64,000 nt of DNA, taken from assembly GCA_028023455.1 (NCBI GenBank), contig JAQFVV010000010.1, positions 8,060,001-8,124,000 on the forward strand, read 5' to 3'. Shown here piece after piece: positions 50,830 through 63,880 of this stretch; positions within the stretch are counted from its first letter, which is position 1, and each line of letters starts with the position of its first letter. The position numbers and the translations under genes are program-made. Source of the stretch: Epiperipatus broadwayi (lineage: Eukaryota; Animalia; Onychophora). The notes under the pieces were generated by a model, which had not been told where the DNA came from, searched no databases, and saw only the letters and a list, made by a program, of their open reading frames with translations.

Positions 50830-53262
50830 AGATGGATGCTTTGCTACATCTCAAATATTTATATATATATAGAAAGGGGGAATTTCAGCTAAAATTTCTG
50901 TTTGTAAATTAATTTAAAAATTTTGCCAATTTAATTTTTATTTAACATGTTCTAAAAGTGTGAACACATGTAATATATGCACACATACATGAATCTGCAA
51001 AATAATTTTGGTTAATGTAAATTTTTTTTTCAAAAACATAAACATTATAAATAAATTTCTTATCTATTGTAACAATTTTAATCTGTTGTAATAAAAAAAT
51101 TTAAAAGTTAAGATTGTTTAGATAAGACATGTAATAAAAGTAATTAGTATGAAATATAAAAATAATTAATTAAAAACCTGACTTATTGTTGAAGTAATTA
51201 TAAAAATGTTTTAATTAAAAAAATCTGGCTATTTTAAGATCATAATCTAAAAATTTCTAGAAAAGGGATGGGTATAAAAACTCCTTCAAATCTATTGTTT
51301 TATTCAAGCTATTCAAGAAACTCAAAAGATTCAAGTTAGAAAGCATCCCAGCTAAGTCAAAAATTCATAAAACTATCCAAGCTATTGAGAAGCTATTCAT
51401 TCATTAGAAGTCCTTCTTTAGTTTTTTATACTATAAGTCAAAATTGTATTCCAGATGCTAGGACTCTTTATTTTGGGCAACAAGCTACACTTCTTACTAG
51501 TTCACTCAGAAAAATCAGATAACCACCAAAAGTTTCGGACAAGCAGCTGACAGTTTAAAAAAGATGAACCAACCAAATTTTCTTAGTGATGCTCTTCAAA
51601 ATATGCTGGGTTAGGGTCCTCAGTGAAAAGAACTCCCTGCTCTAAAAGAACTCCCTGCTCTAAGTCTAATCTTCATCATTCAACATGTTCATGAAATAAT
51701 AAATCTTTAGAAAGCTGACCTCCTAAAGACAATCTGCCAATAAGATTCTCAACTGACTGCCCAGACTATAATTATAAATAAACCAAGATAGCTACCTCTT
51801 TAATAAATTGTGGAAGCTAAAGCAACAACCTTGGAGGAGTTATCAGTAATATAAACTTTTATCTACATTAAAATAAGCCAGGAGTTATGTTTTCTCTTTT
51901 GTGTATGCATATTATTTTTTATTATTATTAACAGTAATAAGAGATTTCAATATATTTTTCTTTATTGTATGCATCTATTACTTAATGTCATATATATATG
52001 TCATGTATGAATCTTTTACTTTTACACTTTAATTTAGAATTTAAGATAAAAAAATAAGTTTGAAAGAAATTATCCTTTTGTTGAGAATTTTGACAGTTTT
52101 AAATGTGATCTTAATTGTAGAATAATTTGATTCCTCTTCCCTTCTCTTTTAGAATATTTAAAACATATTTTTTTTCCTCTTTAAGAAAACAAGCTGGGAA
52201 TTTAATCAGTCAGTAAAATCTTTTTAAAAAGATAGCAATAATATTTAAAATTAATTTTTTCTTTTAATTAGTGTTAATTAATTTATTTTATATATGTATG
52301 GTTTGATTTTAGATTTACTAAAATATTTTAATACTTTACATAATATTCTATTAAATAAAAAGTATTCATCTACTTGTGTGTATAGTATTAAAGTAAATCC
52401 ATACACTTATATTATAGGGCTTTCCTTTTTCTTACTTCACTATAGTAGCAACGTTACTACCCAATGAATGTTATTACTATATTTTTTCTGGTCACCTGAA
52501 CCATCTACTGCCTTAAGTGCATTCTATTTACTTGGTTATAGCCTAGCTTTGGCATAAATACTATGCTGCCTTGTTAGTATCATTATATATCAGTGAATTC
52601 TTCAGAGACTTGGACTGCAAAGTTTTGGTCAATCTCATATTATTTTAACTGGGTACCAATCATTGAGCCATTAACTTGCTTGTTTTTTGGATGGTAAGTT
52701 TAGCATTAGCTTCTCATGCCTCCCTAATGTTCTATAGCCTTTTTTAGTTTAATATAATTTTAGGTGGTTTAATTATTGTCACACACATAGGTCTTTATCA
52801 CTCATGCACATATGTATAAGTGTTCAAAGAGCTAAATTGAATATCAGGTTTTTTTATTTCATCATTTACATATATAGATTATATATCCAATTTTATAAAA
52901 AATGCTGTTAAAAGATTATTTAGACTTATTGAAATAATTGTCAATAATACCATATTCTCTTAAGACATTCATAGATGCTATATTAATTAATTTTATGATT
53001 TTTCTATTTACTTTTAATTGTATTATTATTATTAATTTTAATTTCCTAATGTTTGCTTACTGTTTCTATCTATCAATTGTTTAATATTTGTGAGTTTCAT
53101 ATTCTGAGCTGAGCTAGTATCAGGGGCAGGTAATTTATTTGATGTCAGAATGTTCATCATAGATAGAGAATATTCAGTTATCCCAAATAAATTTCTACAT
53201 TCATTAAGTAGCCTAGTGGTACCCTCAAGTGGTGATCTACCTAATGCATGCAGGTGAGATCT
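50830..53262 (+). repeat. Local duplication, copy A (~2.4 kb)
   Basis: Colinear with 54153-56858 along its whole length. Roughly 80-85% identical by eye. Confidence 0.9.
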
Positions 53263-54152
53263 GTTTCATAGGGTGTTTTATTGAAATAACACTGAATGTA
53301 GAACCTGAGTTTAAATGTATTGGAAATTTTTTAAAACATTTAATAGAAAACATGAAGAGAAAGTTGAAAAAATTAGGAATTAGAATATGTGCTAGTAATG
53401 ATGTTGTTTGAAATGGAGGGTAGTTTAGAATGGGGATTCATCAATTAATGAATTGATATAAATAAAAGGTAATTATATGTAATAGACAATTAGCATATAA
53501 AACAAAATACTGAGCCTGGAAAAGTATAAAGAAAATTTTATGAATCATTTATCAATTCTAAATATAAAAAATAATAAACAACACAATAATTTCATAATTG
53601 AGGAGATAGCATTGAGGAAACACATGCTCAGTTCTTCTATTGGCAGGTAGCCAAGTTGAGACCCTGACTGCCTTTCCATTATCAGAGGATCAGATTATAA
53701 GAACAATCTGATATAACATGCCTGAAACTGTGCAACAAATTATGCTGAAACAAAGCTAAAGAAATATAAAAGAAATGGCAGAATTGAAAACTGCCACATA
53801 CTTTGATAATCTGCAAAAAAGTCACCAGATACATTTAAGAGTAGATGTGTCTCAGACTCACACAGTGGTGATACAATATGGGGAATATAGTGATCAAACT
53901 TATATAAAAGAAATAGAATCTCCAAATAGATATTAAAGAGAAAAGAGGGGTATATTCAAAGTAAACAGATCATAGAAATAAAAAATTAATTGAGAATAGT
54001 AAGATCCAATAGACATATGATAGTGCAAATGGTCAGCAAATTTCACTTTAATGTATATATAAATTTTTATATGTTTAAAATGTAAAATGGATTTAAAATT
54101 AAAAAATAAATAAAAATTTTATCCTTTTTTTCTATGGCATGAGGGGTAGTTG

Positions 54153-56858
54153 AGATGAATTCTTTGCTATGTCTCAAATATATATATATGTAAAGAAGGG
54201 GATTTCAGCTAAAATTTCTGTTTATAAATTAATTTAAAAATTTTGTCAATTTAATTTTTATTTAGTGTGTGTTGTAAAAGTATGATGACATGTATATATA
54301 TACACACACAAATGAATCTGCAAAATAATTTTAGTTAATATAATTTTTTTTTCAAAAAAGTAAACTATAAATAAAGTTCTTTTCTTATCTTTTTAATATA
54401 AGATTCATTTTAAAACTTTGTAAAACAATTTTAATCTATTGTAATAAAAAAATTTAAGAATTAAAATTGCTCAAATAAAACATGTAATGAAAGTAATTAG
54501 TATGAAATGTAAAAATAATGAATTAAAAACCTGGCTTCTTTTTTAAATAATTATAGGACTGTCTTAATTAAAAAAAACAACTGGCTATTATGAGATGGTA
54601 ATTTTGAAAGTTCTAGAAAATTTGCATGGAAAACAATAGAAAGGATATAAAAGCTCTTCAAAATTTATTGTTTTACTCTTATTAAAGCAATTTAGAAAAT
54701 TCAAGGCAGAAAGCATTTCAGCTAAACTGAAGATTCAAAAAACTACTCAAGCTATTGAGAAGCTATTTATTCATTAAAAGAATTCCTCAAATTTTCTATG
54801 CTATAAGTCAAAATTATATTCTAGAAGCTGGGACTCTTCATTCTGTGCAACAAGCTGCACTTTTTACCAGCTCTCTTAGCAAATTCATAGCTACCCACTA
54901 ACAGTTTGGGACAAGTGGTTGATAGTTTAAAAAAGATAAACCGACCAAATTTTCTTAGTGATGTTCTTCAAAATATGCTGGGTTAGGCACTTCACCAAGA
55001 TAAACTCCATGCTCTAAGTCCAATTTTCATCATTTAACATGTCATAAAATAATAAATATTTAGAAAGCTGACCTCCTAAATACAACCTACCAATAAGGTG
55101 GTCAACTGACCACCCAGACCAAAAAGATAGCTACCTCTTTAATAAATTGGGGAAGCTAAAGCAAATAACCTTGAAAGACTTATTATTAATATAAACTTTA
55201 ATCTACCTTAAAATAAGCCAGGGGTTGTTATAAGTGTTTTCTATTTTGCATATGCACCTTCAGTAATAAGTCATTTAAATGTATTTTTCTTTATTTTATG
55301 CATCTATTACTTAATATCATATATATATATATCAGTCATATATGAATGTTTTAATTTTCTTTTAGAGTAAACTTTAATTTAAAATTTAAGATTAAAAAAA
55401 TATAACTCTGAAAAAAATTCTTTTGTTGAGAATTTTGAGTTTTAAATGAGGTCTTAATTGTAGAATAATTCAATCCCTCTTCCTTCTCTTTTAAAATATT
55501 TAAAACATATTTTTTTTCTCTTTTAAGAAAACAAGCAGGGAATTTAATCAGTCAGTGAAATCTCTTAAAGAAGATAGCAATAATGTTTAAAATTAACTTT
55601 TTCTTTTAATTATCATTAATCAATTTATTTTATATATGTGTGGTTTGATTTTAGATTTACTAAAACATTTTAATGCTTGTACTTAAATGCTATTATATAA
55701 AAAGTATTCATCTACTTGTGTGCGTAGGCTTAAAATAAATAAATATACTTATTTTATAGAGATTTTTATTAGTATATTTCTTCTGGTTTCCTGGACCATC
55801 TATAGGTGCAGTCTATTTACTCAATTGTAGCCTAGTTTTGGCATAGCTACTATGCCCACTTTGTTTGTTCTTGTCCCTATGGATCAGCAAATTCTTCAGA
55901 GCCTCTGACTGCAAAGTTTTGGTCAAGATCATATTTTTTTAAATCAGGATACCAATTGTCAAATCAATGATTCACTTGTGTTTTGCATGATAAACATAGC
56001 ATTAGCTTCTCATGCCCATCTAATGTTCAATAGCCTTTCTTAGTTTAATATAATTATTAGTTGGTTTAAATATTGTCACACATATGGGACTTTATCATCC
56101 ATGTTTATAAGGAAGTAAATTAAATATCTTCTTTTTTATTTAGTCATTCACACTTATAGATTATACATCCCATTTTATAAAAAAATGCTATTAGAAGATT
56201 ATTTTAGTCTTCTTGAAGTAATTGAATTGAGAGATCCATTTAACTGTCAAAGCTATCAATAATACCATATTCTCTTAAGACATTCATATATGTAATATTA
56301 ATTACTTTTATGATTTTTTTACTTGCTTTTAATTGTAATAAACATTATCATTATTTTTAATTCTAATTTGGCTGATGTTTGTTTACAGTGTCTGTCTATC
56401 AATTGTTTAATATTTCTGAATCATATATTTTGACTTAAACTAGTATCAGGAGTGGGTAATTTATTTTATGCCAGGATGCTCATCATTGTTAGTGAATATT
56501 CAGTCACTCCAAAGAAATTTCTAGGTGTGATGTGATGTGATGTACTGTAGCTTCTTCTTAAATGAAGTCAAGAATCTCTCAGCAATTACACCAAGAGAAA
56601 CTTGTTAGCTACTTACTTTTACATTTCCCAGTCTAAGTTTTCCCATATTCTGCTCCATCCCATTTCCACAACATAATCTTTGTCAACTCTATAGCCTATA
56701 TATCTAAATTCCCCTTATCTTTTTCCAAACCCAACATAAAAACCAATAATCTACTTTGTGTATAATCACTTTTTTCATATTTATTTTTCCATAACTTCAT
56801 TATATAGACTAGTGGTGCCCTCAAGTGACAATGTTTGAAACACATGCTGGTGGGATTC
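54153..56858 (+). repeat. Local duplication, copy B
   Basis: Direct repeat of 50830-53262 plus a ~280-bp insertion. Confidence 0.9.
56524..56800 (-). mobile_element. LINE (RTE-like) 3'-end fragment present in only one copy of the local duplication
   Basis: Absent from the paralogous position near 53200. Ends in a (ACATC)n tail on the minus strand. Confidence 0.45.
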
Positions 56859-56935
56859 ATTACAATATATATTAAAATAATTATCAGATCCTATGGAATA
56901 ATCTTGATAGGAAACACCATAGTAAAATCTCATAA

Positions 56936-57044
56936 ATGTTAACATTCAAATTTTTATTTATTAGCCAACAAAATTATTTATTAGTCAATAAAATGTGAAA
57001 TCTTATTTTGTTGGCTAATAAATAATGATTTGGATATTAACATT
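56936..57044. repeat. Small AT-rich inverted repeat
   Basis: TTATTTATTAGCCAACAAAAT versus ATTTTGTTGGCTAATAAATAA, extending to AATGTTAA / TTAACATT. Confidence 0.6.
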
Positions 57045-57114
57045 TGGAAGACTTCAATAAGTTGCTTTTTCTTGCAAAATCATTTCATATGACCTAAAAA
57101 TTGTTTTAGTTACA

Positions 57115-58294
57115 CACCTGGGTCTCGTTTTACGTGATAGATAGGTTCCTCAGAAAACACGCGCAAATGAAATCGCGCAAAAATAGACGTAACTTACCTT
57201 GAAAAAGGGGGGATACGGACTGTGATTTTTCAAAACTCATGTAAAAGCAAAGCACCAATGTAAAATTTACTTTAAAATTCGTGCAAAAAAAAAATAAGGA
57301 AATAAAATATGACTAATAAAAAATTTCAAATTTGAAAAAAATTGATACAAGACAAACTTTTTTTAACTATAATAATGTTTAATTTTATTCAAAATAATAT
57401 ATTTTTATGCATAATTTATAGTACAGTAATTTACATTTTTTTATACACATTTTAATTATTATCGCTATTTGATGATAAACAGTTTCGTTTGCAAACTGGT
57501 AAAAAATAGATTCTTCACAAGAGGAAATACAACTAGCGCCAAGTTCACTCTCATATTGTGTTAATAGTTTTCTGTTGACAACGTAATTAGTAATTAATCT
57601 TTGAGATGATGATTTTATTAATTGTTTATGAACTTAGACTTATGATAATAAAAAGACATTTATTCACCACTGCTGGGAAAAATTTAATTAAAACTAACAA
57701 CTAAAAATTAAATTCTTATTTTTGTCTTTAATTTTTTAATTTTCAATTCCGTTTAAAAATCAAATTTCATTTTACATCACATTAATTTCAAGTCACTGTA
57801 AGTAATTTTTAAATTGTTAATTACAATTAAAAATCAGATTTTAATTTTTAATTGTCAAATTTAATTGTGCCACTGCTATTACTCACATTTTAAAAATAAA
57901 CTTGCTACACTAAATGATTAATAATTGATTACGTTCTTTTTTAAAAAGCAAAAACAGAATGTGATTTAAAATGCAAAATTAACATGCACGATGTTTGAAC
58001 AAATTTACATTATAATCTTGTAAAATTTAATATGTGTATACATAAAATGTGGAAATCATGATTTTAATTTCATTATTGCATAAAATCTTACTATTATAAA
58101 GCACTGAAAATATTGAAATTACTAAGTTGAAAGTCGAATTTCAATAATGTGCTATTACTTTCAATATAACGTAAGTGTGTGAAATTTATTATTTACAGTA
58201 ATATCGCATTATCGCAGTTCGACTTCCGGTGAAACATGAATCGCGTAACTTCAAAATTGTGTTAAATAAGTCCATGTAAAAAGAGACCCAGGTG
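57115..58294. mobile_element. ~1.18-kb non-autonomous Tc1/mariner-pogo-type DNA transposon
   Basis: TIR CACCTGGGTCTCGTTTTACGTG versus reverse complement CACCTGGGTCTCTTTTTACATG. TA on the right flank and CA on the left. No ORF. Confidence 0.7.
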
Positions 58295-60019
58295 TATTAC
58301 ACCATGTTTACATATATATTATAAACATCCAATTTTGTGATGGCATATTAAAAAAAATTTTTTAATAGTTTAGTTCCAGTAAATAAACAGAATTATTTTA
58401 ATAGTAGTTAAAGTACATTTGTAATTCATTCAATTATATTATAGTTGCTGCTATAAGATATTATTAACTTAAAACAATTTTATATAAGTGTATTTCAATA
58501 ACTTTTAAACTTATTAATTTAACATTCTTTGTAATTATAAGTGCCTAGTCATGAATTATTATTTATTTAAAGCATAATTTAGTTTTACATATGCTGTAGT
58601 AGAAGAATTAAGATATTCTTAACTTAATCATTGTATCTTTTTATTAAATTAAAATATCACAACTATATCCTAACATAACTTTAAAGTATTTAAACTTATT
58701 TATTTAAGATACAGTTTATGAGTGCTAATTTAATAATATTTTAATTTAGTTTTTATTCCAATAAAATTTTAAAGTTTAATTAATATTTTAAATTAGCAGT
58801 TGTCTTTTTGAGTGCGCATGCATAGAATTCATTAATTCTTTTAAAATACTTCCTTGTTCAAAAGTAATAATGTTTAAAGTTAGTTTAAGGCTTTATTTTA
58901 TAATATTTTCTGTTGAAAATATTATAAACATTTTAAAACAATATTCTGAAACCTTATAAAAATATTTAAATAAATATTATTTAACGAAACAATCATTTTT
59001 ATTTTATTAAATAATGTAAAATCTTTAATGGAATAATAATGTGTTAATTATTGTTTTTTCTATTGTCTAAACAATTGTCTGGAATTTTTCAGAATGTGTT
59101 AAAAATCAATCTATTTTTAGAATTTTAACTTAGTAATTACAAAATTGTGCCCTCTCAGCTTAATTAGGTTGCATATTTTAATTGATAGATAATGCCCAGT
59201 TGTCAATTACATCTCTAATTGTCTATCACATGCATTACTTAGTAAAAGTTTTGATGGCTACACTTGTTCATACACATTCATCACTCTTCTTCACTGCATT
59301 TATTATTCTTTTATAACTATTATTGTTTCTTAGTTTCAGTAATTGTGCATTGCTAGAATAGTAGTCTATTTGGATTTTTATCCTAGACTTTTCAACACTT
59401 CAAACTTCTCCTAGCTTAGACCATGGAAAATTGCTTGAATCAACATGTGAATGTACAGGAAGTGATATAATGTCCCATTATTTTCAGACAACAGTAAATT
59501 TATACCGAAGGTATTATTTATTATCATCACATTATTAGAAGTATTATTGGTTTCAATTTTTTTATTTTATCATATTGAAACTTCATTTTAAGAAAGATAA
59601 TTTCAATATTAAATGCCATAACTTTTAAATTATTTTATATTAATTTTGGAAAGAATTTACATGCTATTTGTACAAGGACTTTAAGTGGGATGTTCTATTT
59701 GAAATGTTGAATAATACTGTTATTTTTCAGTGTGTTCTTGTTTGGTTAATTTAATATTATTATTAAATTAGAACTGTTAACCAAAATGGTAAGTCCCTGT
59801 AAATGATAAAGGAATTTAGAAATAGTAGTTATCATCATATAAATATTTAAAATAATTTATGAATTATTTATCTATGCATTTTAAGAATGCTATTTTAAAA
59901 CTTATTTCTGCATTTGCATTATTTTTTTTTTTAAAAAAGGTCATTTTTCCAGTCATAAAATTTGAATATATATTTTCTTTTTAAAATATTGATATTATAA
60001 GTTATTTACACAAGAATAT

Positions 60020-60126
60020 ATATATATATTTCATGTGTCATAGCATCGGCCAGGAAGCGAACTCATTAACTGGGGACAACTGTTTGTAAGGCAGCTGTGC
60101 TGACCTCTCGACCATCAATGCTTGAC
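60020..60126 (-). mobile_element. tRNA-Gly-derived SINE, copy 3
   Basis: Same body with an AT-rich tail. 13-bp TSD TACACAAGAATAT at 60007-60019 and 60127-60139. Confidence 0.88.
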
Positions 60127-60468
60127 TACACAAGAATATTTTGAGAAAAAAATAGACAATACTTTGTATTTATTTCTAATGATGTTTGTGTGCTGAATGC
60201 TGATATGACATATTTAGTTTTCTTAGAATTAGAACTTTAGATATTATGCTCAGGTCAATTTTATTGTGCTTCTAAGTATTTTTATCTGTTCTCAAAGGTA
60301 AAATACATTGAACTGTGTTTAATATTTATTTAATCTACATTTTGGCAATACAAACTTTATTATCATTGAACATGCTTACCTGCTTTTTAAATTGATATTT
60401 ATTGTCAATCAAGTATGAATATTATGTATAATTAAATTACAAAAATATCAAGTCAGATGTCACATGAC

Positions 60469-60504
60469 CTTACTGATGATGCCAGTAGCAGAAACCGGTC
60501 TGGG
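60469..60504 (+). ncRNA. Minimal type-I HHR (family 4)
   Basis: CTTA-CTGATGA-TGC(CAGTA)GCA-GAAA-CCGG-TC-TGGG. Palindromic ACCGGT stem III; stem I relies on G-U pairs. Confidence 0.65.
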
Positions 60505-60826
60505 ATTAGGGATATTCTGCATAGCTTGTTAAGAGCTTATTTTTCGAGCACTATATGTAACATATATATGATTAACTCTGGAAAAATCTGCTATTTATTT
60601 TGCAATGTGTATATTTCTTACAAAAGATGATTTATACTCTTTTTAAAATTTATAATAATTCTTCAACATTATATTGATGACTGCAAATTATTATACTCAA
60701 AATATATTTGTTCTTTAAAAAGATTTATTGCTCTTCACTGTGTTCTATTTAAAATATATGTGAACTTCGTTTATATTATTTGTGAATGTACGAATTGTCT
60801 TTTACAAAATAAAATACTGCTATTAT

Positions 60827-60928
60827 GTCAAGCATTGGTGGTCGAGAGGTCAGCAATGGCTGCTTTACAAGCAGTTGTCCTGGGTTAGCGGGTTTATTTC
60901 CTGGATGATGCTATGACACATGAGAAAA
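60827..60928 (+). mobile_element. tRNA-Gly-derived SINE, copy 4
   Basis: Same body with an A tail. 16-bp TSD AAAATACTGCTATTAT at 60811-60826 and 60929-60944. Confidence 0.88.
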
Positions 60929-62257
60929 AAAATACTGCTATTATTTATTTAGTGTGTTATTAGAGATCTACAATGCTTATCTTATTATTCAATGTATTAT
61001 TTAGAATGTATGCAATGTCTATATTATTCATCTTATTAATTATTTTATCTAGATTAATTATTTAGAATCATTTTATCTACATTAATTATTTAGAATCGTT
61101 ATCTTATTTGTGTCAGTAATTCAAATTTCTGCTACCTCATGTTTTAATTGCTGTTTATTGATTTAATCTTCAATGTTATCTGGAGATCTTGTAAAATCTT
61201 CAAGATGTCCAAAGAATTTTATTTGACTGTACATTGTGTAATGTGAAAATCAAGACTTAAGAACTGTTTATTTTTTTGGTAAATGGATATAAAATATTTA
61301 GTTTTAAAAAATATTTTTACCTACATTATATTTATTTTATTTTTTCTGTATTATTTTATGTATAGGTTTAACAGGAATTTTCATGAGTTTTCAGAATATT
61401 ACAAGAGTAACAAAATTTTAAAGTGTTTGGAGTTATTTAGAATGTGGATAATGTTTAGAAAAGTTCAAGAAGTTGATGTATATTTTTATTATTAAATTAT
61501 TTTTGCCACAATTTTATATGCTTAGCTATATTTTGTTGTATTCTTCATATTTTATGGGTTTTACACATCAGTTATTTGTTATTATAGGAGATAGTAGTAT
61601 TAGCCCCTATATTATATATTCTTTTATTATACCAATGAGTTGTATATCTTTGTGATATTAAGCATGTAATGCTATATTTAGGCAACCTCCTCTCTTTTTG
61701 ATGGTTTATTCTCATATTTTTATGACAGGAGACAAAGTCTTAACTTGTTCTTGCCCTCTTGTATAGATCTTTATTTAAGTTAATGCCATCACATTATTTT
61801 GCTTTTGCTTTTTCAATACCTTGATGTGTATCTAGGTGATATATTCATTTAAAGTCATGTGTGTTGCTCAACCATGTCCTTATCCTAACTTTGTGACATG
61901 TATTGAAGGTGATTAGTGATGCACACCATGCTTTTATTTGAGCTGTTGATAAATCAGAATGGTTTTGATGTGTAGATCTTGTTGATATGCCTAGCTTGCA
62001 TATCCAGATCTTTTAAAACACAATAAAATGTTTGTTATTAAATTTATAATTGTTCATGTGGCTATAAAAATTTATACATCTTCAAAATTCATCATTACCA
62101 AAAGATAGTAAGATTTTATCTTATTTAGAGTTATTGAATACATTTCACAAGAGGACTATGTAATAGAAAGTGAGTTTATTAAAAGTGAAAACTACTGAAT
62201 TTGTTAAGAAATCACATTAAGATTTCTGATTTACTGATTATTTTTATAAATATTTCA

Positions 62258-62650
62258 GGTAGTTGTGGAGGGACTGTACTATTGCCAGTAGATGGCATTG
62301 CACCACCATCAACAAATGGCACACTTTTTCCATGCGTAGAATGGAGAAACAGCGCCACGTAGTGGGTTAGATTGCTGGTAGCAGACAATGTAAGCTAGAT
62401 GTGTTTACCTATGGCTATCAGCACCACCAAGCAGACAATAGTGCTGGCAGCTAGTTGGCATAAGGTTTCTGTGTGTACACATGTTGATCAGCGCCATCTA
62501 GCGGCTGAAACTTGCATCACTGCATTTGGGTCTCTACTGTGAATATTTCTGTGGTTGACACAGAATTTTATCACTTGCAAGCTTCGGGCCGGTTGTTGAT
62601 GGTGATGCAGTGCCATCTACTGGCAGTAGTATGGTCCCTCCACAACTACC
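62258..62650. mobile_element. 393-bp MITE, probably Merlin superfamily
   Basis: ~58-bp imperfect TIRs beginning GGTAGTTGTGGAGGGAC and ending GTCCCTCCACAACTACC. 8-bp flanks ATATTTCA / ATATTTTA. GG termini with an 8-bp TSD fit Merlin. Confidence 0.8.
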
Positions 62651-63880
62651 ATATTTTAAATTGTAAACTATAATTTTATTTTTCATCTGGGGAATTTTAT
62701 AACTGATAATTTTTATTAAAAGAACTTAACGTTATTGTCCATGCTCATTATTATTAATAAATATTGCTTTCACTATTAATCTGTGCTTTCATATTTATAA
62801 TCATCATCTACATTTATTTTCAGAAATCTAATAGAACATTTTATTTATGCATTGTTATCATAAGAATACAAGAAAATATGACAAAAGTCACTTTATTAAA
62901 TTATGTTTATGGTATTAAGATAACATTCTTGAATATTATTATTTTATTTATCTTAAATTAAAATAATAATATCATTTTATTCATCTGCCTGTTATAAGAC
63001 AATTTTATTTATCTTAGAATAATCAATAAGATCACTTTATTTATCTTGAATTAAGATCATGAGATTACTTTATTTCATTTTGATATAAGACTAAATGAAA
63101 AGCTGTTGGTGTGATATTTGGGTAGTAATAAAATCCCTTTCCTACTCATAATATTATGAATCATTCTAGAAGGTTATAATTACTTTTAATATAAGAGTTT
63201 TCATATTTCATTTTAAATTTAATAATTATTTAATTTACTAAAATATCATCTTAAAGATAAGATCATATCTTATTGTTATTATTTGTCACTAGGATGACAT
63301 TCTTGGTTGGTTTCTAAGGAATAAAAAAGAATAAGATTTTGGTTGTCATAAGAATTAATCATTGAAAGAACCCTGAGATTTGTTTATCTTTATCACAATT
63401 AATTTAATAAGGAATTGCTAAGTCTAAAATCTGATTATTTAAAAAAATTGTTTTAATTATAAGATTAAATTCATTGAAGAGAACTTTTCTTTATTTAGAA
63501 GACATTATATGTTTAAGAAAGATCAGCTTAATGAAGTAGATTTGAAGTAATCTAACCTTATATGTAATGTGCTGCATAAGATTTTAAGAGTTCTTGTTTT
63601 CAAGAGAGAGTATCAGAATACTCTAATCCTAATGTTCTGTTTGTTAAAGCAGAGTATTAAATCTCTCCTTTTGATTTGATATTTGCATTTGTGTTGATGC
63701 CTTTTAAGGTGATTTTTCAATTAACTATATATAATCCTGAGCTTATTCTATTGCTATGTTTAGCATGAGGTTTAGCCTGCATGTATTGTTTATGTTATTA
63801 TAACCTTGTCTCATGTTTTATCTCCATCAGTTACAATTATATTCCATTGACTCTCATTTCCATTGGTTACAATATATATA

